A DNA stretch of 64,000 nucleotides from a bacterium (lineage in GTDB: Bacteria; Bacillota_I; Bacilli_A; RFN20; CAG-826), in the NCBI GenBank assembly GCA_963651465.1, contig CAVJPS010000016.1:293-64292 (forward strand), written 5' to 3'. Shown here piece after piece: positions 1 through 8,809 of this stretch. The translations under genes and the position numbers were made by a program. A model generated the notes under the pieces. It saw only the letters and a list, made by a program, of their open reading frames with translations, was not told the origin of the DNA and made no database searches. Each line of letters begins with the position of its first letter. Positions within the stretch are counted from its first letter, which is position 1.

Positions 1-138
1 TAACGTCGTGTGCTTACTAAGCTAAAGCGCAGCTATAATTTGATCTTTGTGTGCCATTTAATTGGCTTTTGGTGATAACGTCACCACTCGACTGCAGTTA
101 AAGCATTACCAATTCCTGTCGAACCCAAAACTGTCCCA
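1..138 (-). ncRNA. ssrA: tmRNA (ssrA), 5' portion; the 3' part lies off the left edge of the window
   Basis: The reverse complement starts GGGACAGTTTTGGGTTCGACAGG, the canonical tmRNA 5' acceptor/T-arm half (GGTTCGAC). An internal tag ORF follows after GCCAATTAAAT: GGC ACA CAA AGA TCA AAT TAT AGC TGC GCT TTA GCT TAG TAA. This gives (A)GTQRSNYSCALA with a double stop, resume codon at 55-53 and stops at 19-14. The segment is more GC-rich than its surroundings. Confidence 0.75.
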
Positions 139-247
139 TGAATTAATAAAGTACACCTTATTGGTGCACCTTATTTTAACACATTAATTATTTATTTCAA
201 ATAAATTTGTTTTTTAATTAAATATTGTTAAAATAAAATTAATAGGG

Positions 248-991
248 ATGGGATATAATATGTGTTTTATTACTAATAGTTTTATAAAGAAAACTCGCTA
301 TGAAATGGGATCACTAGATTTTTCTATTGAAGATAAAAGTCAATTAAGTCAATTACTTTTCCATCAAGTTGTAGTATATATATTATTAACATTAAAACAC
401 ATTACTGATGTTAATATTGTTAATTCACATTACAACTGGGTATTTAATCATTGGGATAAAATAGAAAGAGCATTTCTTCATCCTAAATGGAAGAAATGTG
501 AAGAACCTTATTCGGAATTAGATGTAGAAATAAATGATTTTTTCTATACTAACCGTCATATTGTTACTAATATTTTCTGTGACGATTACTCTAATTTATA
601 TTTTGATGGACAAATCCATATTGATAAGTTAGATAATTTAAAACATCCCGAAAATCCATTTGAAGTCGTTGATACTGATAAAGGAAGTTTAGTCTTTACA
701 AAAGAGTACTTAACGAAGACAAGAACACACGGACATTTTGATATAGACCAGGCTATTGCTAGATGTATCAATCTTTGTGTTAATACAAAAAACAACAAAT
801 ATATTTCATACATTATATATAAAAATGGCAAAACAGTTTATGACATTAATGTTTGTAATGCTGTTAAAGAACATATTGAAAAATTAGTAACGACAGAAAT
901 ATTAGATGAAGCTACTAACGAAATAGAATTCGCTTTAAAAGTAAGTGCCCTTAATTATATATTTACGAAAAATCGCCCACATAATATGTAA
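248..991 (+). CDS. Hypothetical soluble protein, 247 aa, no recognisable motif; the true start may be the ATG at 260
   Basis: Long ORF in a very AT-rich stretch. A GGGA element lies 6 nt before the ATG at 260. The gene is convergent with the TIR gene and shares one bidirectional terminator with it. No TM segments or catalytic motifs that I can name. Confidence 0.55.
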   Translation: MGYNMCFITNSFIKKTRYEMGSLDFSIEDKSQLSQLLFHQVVVYILLTLKHITDVNIVNSHYNWVFNHWDKIERAFLHPKWKKCEEPYSELDVEINDFFYTNRHIVTNIFCDDYSNLYFDGQIHIDKLDNLKHPENPFEVVDTDKGSLVFTKEYLTKTRTHGHFDIDQAIARCINLCVNTKNNKYISYIIYKNGKTVYDINVCNAVKEHIEKLVTTEILDEATNEIEFALKVSALNYIFTKNRPHNM

Positions 992-1014
992 CATAAATAA
1001 AATGCTATTAAATA

Positions 1015-1050
1015 CAAAAAGAACCTATTTTCAATATTAGGTTCTTTTTA
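1015..1050. terminator. Bidirectional rho-independent terminator between the convergent genes
   Basis: Stem AAGAACCTA (1019-1027) pairs with TAGGTTCTT (1038-1046), flanked by an A-run upstream and a T-run downstream. Confidence 0.7.
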
Positions 1051-1066
1051 ATACTATCTATAAATA

Positions 1067-1540
1067 TTATTTTTCTTTTAATCTTTTTATTAATTGTTCT
1101 GCAAATAACAATGATATTTGATCACAATTTTTAAAATTCGACCATTCAAGTACTTGTATTGCAGCTAGGTCAGGATATCTATTTTTAAATTCATCTATGC
1201 TTACTTTATATAAAATAGGTAAAACTATTTTTTGACCAGTTCTATTTTGTCTATTTAATAATTCTTTTAATTCTTTTTCAGTCCATTCTCTACCAAAATA
1301 GTTTTTAGAAATAACAATTATAGCAAATTCAGATTTTTCTAATCCTTCATATATTTTGCTTTTCCAATTATCTCCCCATTTAAAAACATCCTTATCGTAA
1401 AAAATATTTATATTCAATTTTGATAAAGATTTATATAAATCATTAACAAATCTAATCTTATCTTTATTGGCGTGAGATATAAAAACATCATAGTTTAATA
1501 ATTTTTTATTATTAATACTTTTTGTATTGTTATCTTCCAT
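1067..1540 (-). CDS. Stand-alone TIR-domain protein (157 aa)
   Basis: YDVFISHANKDK is the hallmark TIR beta-A motif. It is followed by IFYDKDVFKWGDNW and AIIVISKNYFGREWTEKEL (conserved W and Glu region). The whole protein is essentially one TIR fold. SD AAGGAGA lies 10 nt upstream of the ATG. Confidence 0.85.
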   Translation of the reverse strand: MEDNNTKSINNKKLLNYDVFISHANKDKIRFVNDLYKSLSKLNINIFYDKDVFKWGDNWKSKIYEGLEKSEFAIIVISKNYFGREWTEKELKELLNRQNRTGQKIVLPILYKVSIDEFKNRYPDLAAIQVLEWSNFKNCDQISLLFAEQLIKRLKEK

Positions 1541-1589
1541 GTTTTTATATTCTCCTTACTGTTAAAAATAATTTTATATTAATTACTAA

Positions 1590-2543
1590 TTATTCTTTCA
1601 TTGCTAATGATGCTGCTCCAACAATACCAGCATCATTACCAAAATTAGAAACAACAATCTTAGCGTGAGGAGTATTCTTTAATCCCCATTCTACACTATC
1701 TAAATATTTTTCTAATCTAGAGGTTAAATTTTCTTTTTGTCCTGATAAACCTCCACCAATAATTAAACATTCTGGTCTAAAGATATTTAATATTGATCTA
1801 ATACCTTCTCCTAAATATTTAATATAATTATCCACTACCATATTAGCAGTTTTATCACCTTGTAATGCTGTTTCAAAAGCAGTTCTACCATTAACTTGAT
1901 TAATATCATCTAAACAATATTGCCACATTAATGATTTCTTATCTTTTTCCATTGCTTCTTTGGAGTCTCTTATTAAAGCTGAGACTGAAGCATATGCTTC
2001 AAAACAACCTTTATGACCACAGCCACAATCTTTTCCATCAACAACTAAAGTCATATGGCCAAGTTCAGCGCCAGTAAATCCTTCTCCTTCGTATAATTTA
2101 CCATTAATAATTATACCCCCACCAACACCAGTACCTAATGTAATTAATACTAAGTTTTGGTAGCCTTTACCTTCACCAAATTTATATTCCCCCATAATAG
2201 CAGCATTTGCGTCATTACAAATATAAGTAGGTATTCTCATATCTTTAAACATTTCAACGACAGGAACATTACTCCACTTAATATTCGGAGCATTTAATAC
2301 AATTCCTTTTTCACTATCACATACTCCAGGGCAACCAATACCAATACCACTTAATTCACTTAATCTTACTTTTGAAAAATTACACAATTCTTCAATTTTT
2401 TCTTTCATTAAGAAAATAACTCTTTCAGGAGAATTACTATTATAATCAACACGCAATATAGACTTATTGATAATTACCCCATTCGAATTAAGAAGGCCTA
2501 ACTTAATTGACATTCCACCAACATCGATTCCAATATAATACAT
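1590..2543 (-). CDS. glcK: ROK-family glucokinase
   Basis: N-terminal IGIDVGGMSIKLG ATP-binding motif. ROK zinc motif CGCGHKGCFEAYAS. Length 317 aa. Confidence 0.85.
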   Translation of the reverse strand: MYYIGIDVGGMSIKLGLLNSNGVIINKSILRVDYNSNSPERVIFLMKEKIEELCNFSKVRLSELSGIGIGCPGVCDSEKGIVLNAPNIKWSNVPVVEMFKDMRIPTYICNDANAAIMGEYKFGEGKGYQNLVLITLGTGVGGGIIINGKLYEGEGFTGAELGHMTLVVDGKDCGCGHKGCFEAYASVSALIRDSKEAMEKDKKSLMWQYCLDDINQVNGRTAFETALQGDKTANMVVDNYIKYLGEGIRSILNIFRPECLIIGGGLSGQKENLTSRLEKYLDSVEWGLKNTPHAKIVVSNFGNDAGIVGAASLAMKE

Positions 2544-2608
2544 ATTATTATCTCCCCTTTTTTATTAATTAATATACTTATACTTATAGTATAAAATGAT
2601 TTTTTACA

Positions 2609-2637
2609 TAAAAAAAGAAGAAACATCGTTTCTTCTT
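2609..2637 (-). terminator. Rho-independent terminator after the 158-aa membrane protein gene
   Basis: GAAGAAAC / GTTTCTTC stem with a 3-nt loop. A T-run follows on the minus strand. Confidence 0.7.
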
Positions 2638-2652
2638 TAAAGATTTTATAAA

Positions 2653-3129
2653 TTAATTTTGTGAAATTAATCTCTTAATTGCAAAGACTAAAGATGTAAC
2701 AAATCCTACAATACCAACGATTGCACCAATAATTGGTCCTACTCCGTTTGAATAATTAGTAGAAGCTACTGAACCATTTGCAGCACAGAATCCTAACTTA
2801 TTGCAGAATAATAAGATAAACGATGCTAAGAAACATGCAACTGTAATAAATGGTAATGCTTTAACACGTGGTGCAACAACAAATAAGACAGCACCAATAA
2901 GTGGTAATAAGAATCCGATTAATGCAACAACGTTAACATTAGTATATGCATTATTAAGTGATTTCATTCTATAACCACCAAAAACATTATAAATGCCCCA
3001 TACCTTATCGCTTCCGCCTAAAGCACCTTTATAATAAATAGCAGTTGGGAAAATCATTGCAGCAATAACAACCGCAAATAAACAAATTAAAACAGTGCCA
3101 ACTACACTTCTTCCAGTATTTTTACTCAT
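2653..3129 (-). CDS. Small polytopic membrane protein (about 4 TM), paralog of the gene at 3259-3750
   Basis: Hydrophobic segments. Shares the N.VA.IGF.L.LI and G.GPII motifs with its neighbour. SD GGAGGT. Confidence 0.7.
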   Translation of the reverse strand: MSKNTGRSVVGTVLICLFAVVIAAMIFPTAIYYKGALGGSDKVWGIYNVFGGYRMKSLNNAYTNVNVVALIGFLLPLIGAVLFVVAPRVKALPFITVACFLASFILLFCNKLGFCAANGSVASTNYSNGVGPIIGAIVGIVGFVTSLVFAIKRLISQN

Positions 3130-3211
3130 AAGAAATACCTCCGTCTAAATTATTATATATTTTATGTAAAATATCTTCAATATTTTTTGTTATTTATTGT
3201 GTTTAAAAAGC

Positions 3212-3240
3212 AAAAGAAAATCGCTCCTGAGGAGCGATTA
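3212..3240 (-). terminator. Rho-independent terminator after the 163-aa membrane protein gene
   Basis: AATCGCTCC-TGA-GGAGCGATT hairpin followed by a T-rich run on the minus strand. Confidence 0.7.
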
Positions 3241-3258
3241 AAGTACATATTACAATAC

Positions 3259-3750
3259 TTATTTTAATGCTTTGTATGTGCCATATACACCAACTAATGC
3301 ACCGACACAGTTTAAAACGCCAGCGATAATTGGACCAGCACCCATAACGAAATTCTTTGAAGAATCAGCATTATAGTTGATTGTTGCATAAGATTTAACT
3401 GATAAGAATGCTAAGACAGCACCAGCAATAAATGCTAATGTTGGTAATACAACAGCGACAGCACCTTTCTTTTTAACTAAGACAACAATAAGAATGTATA
3501 CTAATACAGCAATTAATGCTAGGAAGAAACCTAAGAATGCAACTGTATTGAACTTAAGTATTACATTACCATCACTATCTTTAGAACCGAATGTGAAAGC
3601 TGGGACTTCAAAATTAGTACTAGCTTCAACACCAAGAATTGTTACTACGTATTTACCTGCAGGTACAAAAACCATACAAGCTGTTGCAATAGCAATAACT
3701 AATAATAATAGAGGGATTAAGAAATTAAATGATTTTGATTTTTTTGCCAT
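3259..3750 (-). CDS. Small polytopic membrane protein (about 4 TM), paralog of the gene at 2653-3129
   Basis: Same topology and shared motifs (GAGPIIAG versus GVGPIIGA). SD AAGGAGA. Confidence 0.7.
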   Translation of the reverse strand: MAKKSKSFNFLIPLLLLVIAIATACMVFVPAGKYVVTILGVEASTNFEVPAFTFGSKDSDGNVILKFNTVAFLGFFLALIAVLVYILIVVLVKKKGAVAVVLPTLAFIAGAVLAFLSVKSYATINYNADSSKNFVMGAGPIIAGVLNCVGALVGVYGTYKALK

Positions 3751-3785
3751 TTTTATATCTCCTTTTCTTTATTTTAAACCTTTTT

Positions 3786-3824
3786 AAAAAAAAATAAAAT
3801 ACCGACCATTTTAAATAGTCGGTT
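3786..3824 (-). terminator. Rho-independent terminator after the 116-aa ORF
   Basis: ACCGAC / GTCGGT stem followed by a long T-run on the minus strand. Confidence 0.55.
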
Positions 3825-3902
3825 ATTATAATAAAAAATAAATATAAATGCTTAATGGCTTATCAATTATAATAAAAAATAGTATAATCGTATTTAGATA
3901 TA

Positions 3903-4250
3903 TTAATCACCGTAATCGGAACCTCTTGATTTGTCCTCTACATAGATGCCTAATTTATCTGTAATATCAAATATTTCTAGATAAATAAAATCATCTACGT
4001 GAGTACAAGGTTGCTCAAAATCACCCGTAAAGATAACGCGTTGATTCTTCTTGACTAAACGTTCCATTTCATTTAATATATCAACAATACAACTTGGATG
4101 TTGTTCTTTAAAACCTCTTAATTGAGTATAAAACATTGGTTCTATATAAAACATTGATCCATCGTTGTAACGATATAAAGTTGAAAAAGGGTTTTGTGGG
4201 TCTTCTATGGCTTCAAGATTTTTCCAGTCATCGTAGAGTTTCACATTCAT
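3903..4250 (-). CDS. Hypothetical acidic cytoplasmic protein (about 115 aa)
   Basis: ORF with its own terminator, divergent from the HAD gene. No motif recognised. Confidence 0.5.
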   Translation of the reverse strand: MNVKLYDDWKNLEAIEDPQNPFSTLYRYNDGSMFYIEPMFYTQLRGFKEQHPSCIVDILNEMERLVKKNQRVIFTGDFEQPCTHVDDFIYLEIFDITDKLGIYVEDKSRGSDYGD

Positions 4251-4315
4251 CACCTGCCTTTATTTATTATACTAATTGTATTGTTTTTTACAATAAATGA
4301 AAGGAGAAAGTACTG

Positions 4316-5107
4316 ATGGAAAAAGATATTAAAGCGGTCATTACCGATATCGACGGAACATTATTTTCTCACTCGACGCATCAAGTTCCCCCAAGTGCGA
4401 TTGAAGCAATAAACAAATTACAAGCTAAAGGAATTAAAGTATTTCTTTGCTCTGGACGTAATGCTTATTTAGTTCGTAAACTTGGAGTACTTGAGCATAT
4501 TACCCCAGACGGTTTAATTACCATGAATGGTGCTAATGCTATTATTGATGGTAATATTATTTACCGTTACCCTATGCCAGAGAATGAAATTGATTTATTA
4601 ATTAAGTTCTCTAAGAGGCTTCGTTTTGGTTTAACTCTTATTGAAGAAAAAGAAGGACATATTAATTATGTCGACGAAAGAGTTATTGCAGCTCACGAAG
4701 ACTTTGGTACTCGTTTCCCACAACCACGTTCATATCCTGATCATTATGATCGTCGTGTTTATCAAGCTATTGCCTTTGTTGATGAATTAGATGAATCACT
4801 ATTTGCACCACATTTAAAAGAATGTAAATGTGCAAGATGGCATCAATACGCTGTTGATATTATGCCTAAAGATAGTGATAAATCAAAAGGTGTATTAGCT
4901 GTATTAGAATACTTCGGTTGGCAACCTGAAAACATTATGTGTTTAGGTGACAACATGAATGATGTTGAAATGTTGAGTTTTGCTGGCATATCTGTAGCAA
5001 TGGGTAATGCTCGTAGTGAAGCAAAAGCAGTTGCAGATTATGTAACTGATGATGTTGATGAAGATGGATGGGCAAATGCTATCAAACATTTTGGTCTTAT
5101 CGATTAA
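4316..5107 (+). CDS. HAD-superfamily Cof-type (IIB) phosphatase
   Basis: Motif I ITDIDGTLF. Motif IV GDNMNDVEML. 263 aa. SD AAGGAGA. Confidence 0.85.
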   Translation: MEKDIKAVITDIDGTLFSHSTHQVPPSAIEAINKLQAKGIKVFLCSGRNAYLVRKLGVLEHITPDGLITMNGANAIIDGNIIYRYPMPENEIDLLIKFSKRLRFGLTLIEEKEGHINYVDERVIAAHEDFGTRFPQPRSYPDHYDRRVYQAIAFVDELDESLFAPHLKECKCARWHQYAVDIMPKDSDKSKGVLAVLEYFGWQPENIMCLGDNMNDVEMLSFAGISVAMGNARSEAKAVADYVTDDVDEDGWANAIKHFGLID

Positions 5108-5165
5108 GTAGATAACTACTTGTGTCTATTATAGAGGCACTTTTGTTATCTACTTTTTGTTTTAA
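5108..5165 (+). terminator. Rho-independent terminator after the HAD gene
   Basis: AGTAGATAAC (5108-5117) pairs with GTTATCTACT (5145-5154), followed by TTTTTGTTTT. Confidence 0.6.
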
Positions 5166-5284
5166 AAAATAATATTTCATACGGAAATAATAAATAGTAA
5201 GTCTATTACAGTTTGGTTAATACTTTTATTCTTGAATAAAAGTGCTGAATAATATACAATAATGTAGAATGCGAGGTTATAAAA

Positions 5285-6508
5285 ATGAAAGTTACACAAC
5301 AACCTATTAAAACTGAAAAAATGAATAACCAAGCAGCTGCTCCTAAAGCATCTGTTAAAGGATTATTCAAAACACTTATAAGCAACCAAGCATGTGTTGA
5401 CTCTGCTATTAATCATAAATGGTGGGTTGCTCTTCTCTTCTTTGTTGCTTCTATGGGATTATCAATTATTCCTTCAACTGTTAATACTGCTACTACACGT
5501 GGTGATAATATTCTTACAAATTATCCTTATTCTGTAGATGTAGGTTTAGAAGATTTCAGCCGTAAACTTAATGGTGAAGTATATGATTCAACAACTGAAT
5601 CAAGATCAATTGATAGTGAAAAAGTAGTTAATTTTGTTATCTCTCCTGATGAGAACGGAACAAATAAGTTATCAATTGACGATACATCATTAACAAATCT
5701 TAACACTTATGTTTTTACTGAAAAATTAACATATTCATTAGAAGATGGTACAGTTGATAATTACAAATATTATGAATACTCTACTACAACTGGTGAATAT
5801 GAAGAAGATAACATAACACCTAAAAAAGCCGCTCGTTTAAGAGTCTTCTATATTGCAGATGATCCAGCAACTGAAAATGATGAAGCTGCTACATTTGCTC
5901 GTTTTGATCCACTCTTTGGTATTGAAATGCCAGATTTAGCTACTGACCACGTTGCTTACAAAGCTCCTGCTTCATTATTAGTATTAGGTACAAATTCATT
6001 CTTCTTTGTTAAATATAATACAGCTGCTACAACAAGAGCTGGTTATATGAATGTTTATAGTGGTGACTATGTTAATACATCATTAATTGACGGAAAATAC
6101 AATTTACGTTTATTAGCATACGCAGATGGTGTTACTGATTTAACAGCTACCGAATTATCATTTACTGAATTAGCATCTTCTCAATGGTTAAGTTTCTTTG
6201 AAAATGGTTATAAGACATTAAGAAATAGAACAACTCTTGTAACATTCCTTGTAACTCTAGGAATGAACTTCGTTTTAACTATATTATTCGGATTTACATT
6301 ATGGATTATGTGCCGTGGTAAGAATAATCCAAACCGTCATTATAAGTTCCACGAAAACTTATTCATGGCTTTCTATGCATCATTAACTCCAGCAATCTTA
6401 ACAATTATTGTAGGATTTATGTTCCCACAAATTGCTTCATATGCATTTATTGCTGTAATGGCTATCCGTTTAATGTGGATGTCAATGAAAACATTTAGAC
6501 CTCAATAA
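5285..6508 (+). CDS. Membrane protein: N-terminal TM, about 250-aa extracytoplasmic region, C-terminal 3 TM bundle; unknown function
   Basis: Hydropathy pattern read from the translation. SD GAGGT. Confidence 0.65.
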   Translation: MKVTQQPIKTEKMNNQAAAPKASVKGLFKTLISNQACVDSAINHKWWVALLFFVASMGLSIIPSTVNTATTRGDNILTNYPYSVDVGLEDFSRKLNGEVYDSTTESRSIDSEKVVNFVISPDENGTNKLSIDDTSLTNLNTYVFTEKLTYSLEDGTVDNYKYYEYSTTTGEYEEDNITPKKAARLRVFYIADDPATENDEAATFARFDPLFGIEMPDLATDHVAYKAPASLLVLGTNSFFFVKYNTAATTRAGYMNVYSGDYVNTSLIDGKYNLRLLAYADGVTDLTATELSFTELASSQWLSFFENGYKTLRNRTTLVTFLVTLGMNFVLTILFGFTLWIMCRGKNNPNRHYKFHENLFMAFYASLTPAILTIIVGFMFPQIASYAFIAVMAIRLMWMSMKTFRPQ

Positions 6509-6524
6509 CTTTAGTAAACAAAAT

Positions 6525-6563
6525 CAAAAAGCATATGGTATTTAAAATCATATGCTTTTTTTA
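6525..6563. terminator. Bidirectional terminator between convergent genes
   Basis: AAAAGCATATG / CATATGCTTTT 11-bp stem, with A-rich flank on one side and T-rich flank on the other. Confidence 0.7.
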
Positions 6564-6580
6564 TATATTGTAATTTTAAG

Positions 6581-8794
6581 TTATAAACTTCTTTTCATAA
6601 TTCTACAAATACTTTTATTCTTATTCTTTTTAAATATATATAAATAACATAATAAGTTAAGTGTTAAATCTAGAATTAATAGAAGCAATATATATGGGAC
6701 TGGTATTTCAAATTTGAAAAAACCAGCTGGAATAGTATTATAATAATCAATAATACCAATTATAAATAATACTAATATTCCTATAAGTGATACAAACATT
6801 GATATAACAAAACTAATAAAGTTTTTGAGAACCATATATTTTTTTATCACTTTTTGTGGCTTACCAAACGTTAATAATATGCCGATTTCCTCATTACTAT
6901 TTCTAATAATATTTAAATATTCTTTAAAGAAATTACATAACATTATAGAAATTAAAATAGCGGCAACAAAAATAAATATTAATCTATAAGGCCTAAATTC
7001 ATTATATTCAGCATATCCCAATTTAGTGTATACACCAACAAATAATAAATTATGACGAATTCCCCATTTGACTACTGAGCTTTTAGTACTAATTCTAATA
7101 TCTTCCGCTTCAAAATAATGGGCATAAGAATATTTAATTGTTGAGTATGCTTCTTCATTAAAGTATGATTTATATTCTGCTTTACCATCATCTACTACAC
7201 CACTGATACTAATAGAATCAAAATCAAATAAAGGATTATATAAAGTAGAATTTAATTGATAATCCTTCGGAGAGATACTGTAATTAAAAGTATTAGCTTT
7301 TGTAGTCCCTTTAATATAATCATATAATGCTTTATTTACTAAAAATTCATTTTTGTTATTAGGTATGTTTCCTAGTATTAAATTATCATTAATGAAAGAG
7401 TTTAATTCTATACTAATGAATGAATCAATATCATCAGTAATAGATGGATTAACAAATAACGAAGCATTTATTTCGTTTATGTATTTAGAAATATCTCCTA
7501 TATACATACAACCGTATAATTTTGAACCATAATACTGAACTTCATCTACCCCACTATTGTTGTATCCTAGGCTATTTACGTCATACTGGTCAACATTAGT
7601 TTTATAATATCCTGAAATACTATATGTATCACCAAATATTTCAACTGTCGATAAACTTTGGTCTAGCAAGTATTGGTAATAGCAATCTGAAATTAAAACC
7701 GAGTTATTTGTTGGTAAAGTTCCTTGAATAATTTGTAAGTTTTCTGGTATAGTATCACTTATCTTTCGAGTAACATGAGTTACACCAATAACTATTTCAT
7801 CAACATCTATATAACTATATGTTTTATATTTATTCTTTACTTCCTTAAAATAACAACCGTTATCAAAATAAGAATCAGATCCATTTGAGTAATTAATTTG
7901 GCATATTTTCATATATTCTTTATTAACGTTATTAGAAATAATAATATTTAAAGATTTATAAGTCATACTACATATACATAAAGTGAAAAATACCAATATA
8001 CTATTCAAAACTATTTTTAATATTTTAAACAAAAGAGAGTCTTTAAATATTGCTTTATTTATTAATTTAAAATCATTTTGAGTTGATTTTATTTCTTCCT
8101 TTACATTATTTTTTTCAAAAGGTATATTGCTTTCTTCAAAACCTTTAAATGATTTTATACATCCATCTTCTAATTTAATAATATTTGTAAGATATTCTTT
8201 AATAATCATTTCACTATGAGTGACTATAATAACCAAACGTTTCTTAGATTCTTCTACTAATAAATCCATTATAATTTTTGTATTTTCTTCATCAAGGTTT
8301 CCAGTTGGTTCATCGCATAGTAAAACTTCAGGTTCTTTTAATAAAGCCCTTATCATTGAGACTCTTTGCTTTTGTCCACCAGAAAGATACTTAATAGGTT
8401 TATTTTCGTATTCTTTAAGATTCATTCTTTCCAAATATTCTCTAACTTTTTTGATATCAAGTTTATGATTAGCAACAATTTCTAAATTTTCTAATATAGA
8501 TAAATTATCAAACAGCTTATAATCTTGAAATATAAATCCAATTTTATCTCTCCTAATGATTTCGTTTACTTCATTATCATTAGTTATATCAATATCGTTA
8601 AATAAGTATTTGCCAGAATCAAATGTCTCTATTAAACCTAATATATTTAAAAGAGTTGTTTTGCCTGATCCACTTGTACCTACAATTCCATACATTCCAG
8701 TATCGTTAAATGATAACGAAATATTAAATACCCCATATTTTTCTTCATCAACTGAATTATCGTAGGTTTTATTTAAATTAATAAGACTTATCAT
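6581..8794 (-). CDS. Fused ABC ATPase + FtsX/MacB-type permease (737 aa)
   Basis: Walker A GTSGSGKTT. Signature LSGGQKQR. Walker B LLCDEPTGNLD. H-loop VTHS. Then TM, a large extracytoplasmic domain with G.LP....E motifs, and C-terminal FtsX-like TMs. Confidence 0.85.
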   Translation of the reverse strand: MISLINLNKTYDNSVDEEKYGVFNISLSFNDTGMYGIVGTSGSGKTTLLNILGLIETFDSGKYLFNDIDITNDNEVNEIIRRDKIGFIFQDYKLFDNLSILENLEIVANHKLDIKKVREYLERMNLKEYENKPIKYLSGGQKQRVSMIRALLKEPEVLLCDEPTGNLDEENTKIIMDLLVEESKKRLVIIVTHSEMIIKEYLTNIIKLEDGCIKSFKGFEESNIPFEKNNVKEEIKSTQNDFKLINKAIFKDSLLFKILKIVLNSILVFFTLCICSMTYKSLNIIISNNVNKEYMKICQINYSNGSDSYFDNGCYFKEVKNKYKTYSYIDVDEIVIGVTHVTRKISDTIPENLQIIQGTLPTNNSVLISDCYYQYLLDQSLSTVEIFGDTYSISGYYKTNVDQYDVNSLGYNNSGVDEVQYYGSKLYGCMYIGDISKYINEINASLFVNPSITDDIDSFISIELNSFINDNLILGNIPNNKNEFLVNKALYDYIKGTTKANTFNYSISPKDYQLNSTLYNPLFDFDSISISGVVDDGKAEYKSYFNEEAYSTIKYSYAHYFEAEDIRISTKSSVVKWGIRHNLLFVGVYTKLGYAEYNEFRPYRLIFIFVAAILISIMLCNFFKEYLNIIRNSNEEIGILLTFGKPQKVIKKYMVLKNFISFVISMFVSLIGILVLFIIGIIDYYNTIPAGFFKFEIPVPYILLLLILDLTLNLLCYLYIFKKNKNKSICRIMKRSL

Positions 8795-8809
8795 ATTTTA
8801 ATCCTCGAC

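Noticed and set aside
139-200. The hairpin GTACACC-TTATTG-GTGCAC followed by TTATTTT, considered as a terminator.
   Set aside because: The stem is imperfect. It lies between the ssrA 5' end and a gene start on the other strand, so nothing is there to terminate. It is more likely part of the ssrA promoter region.
248-1540. Calling the locus a canonical Thoeris, CBASS or Pycsar system.
   Set aside because: No SIR2, SLOG, Macro, STING, cyclase or caspase-like motif is detectable in the 247-aa partner or in neighbouring genes. Only the TIR domain itself is supported.
1-1589. The idea that the TIR islet is a genomic island integrated at the tmRNA gene.
   Set aside because: Islands target the 3' end of ssrA. 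Here the accessory genes lie on the 5' (promoter) side. There is no integrase, and no direct repeat of the ssrA end is visible inside the window.
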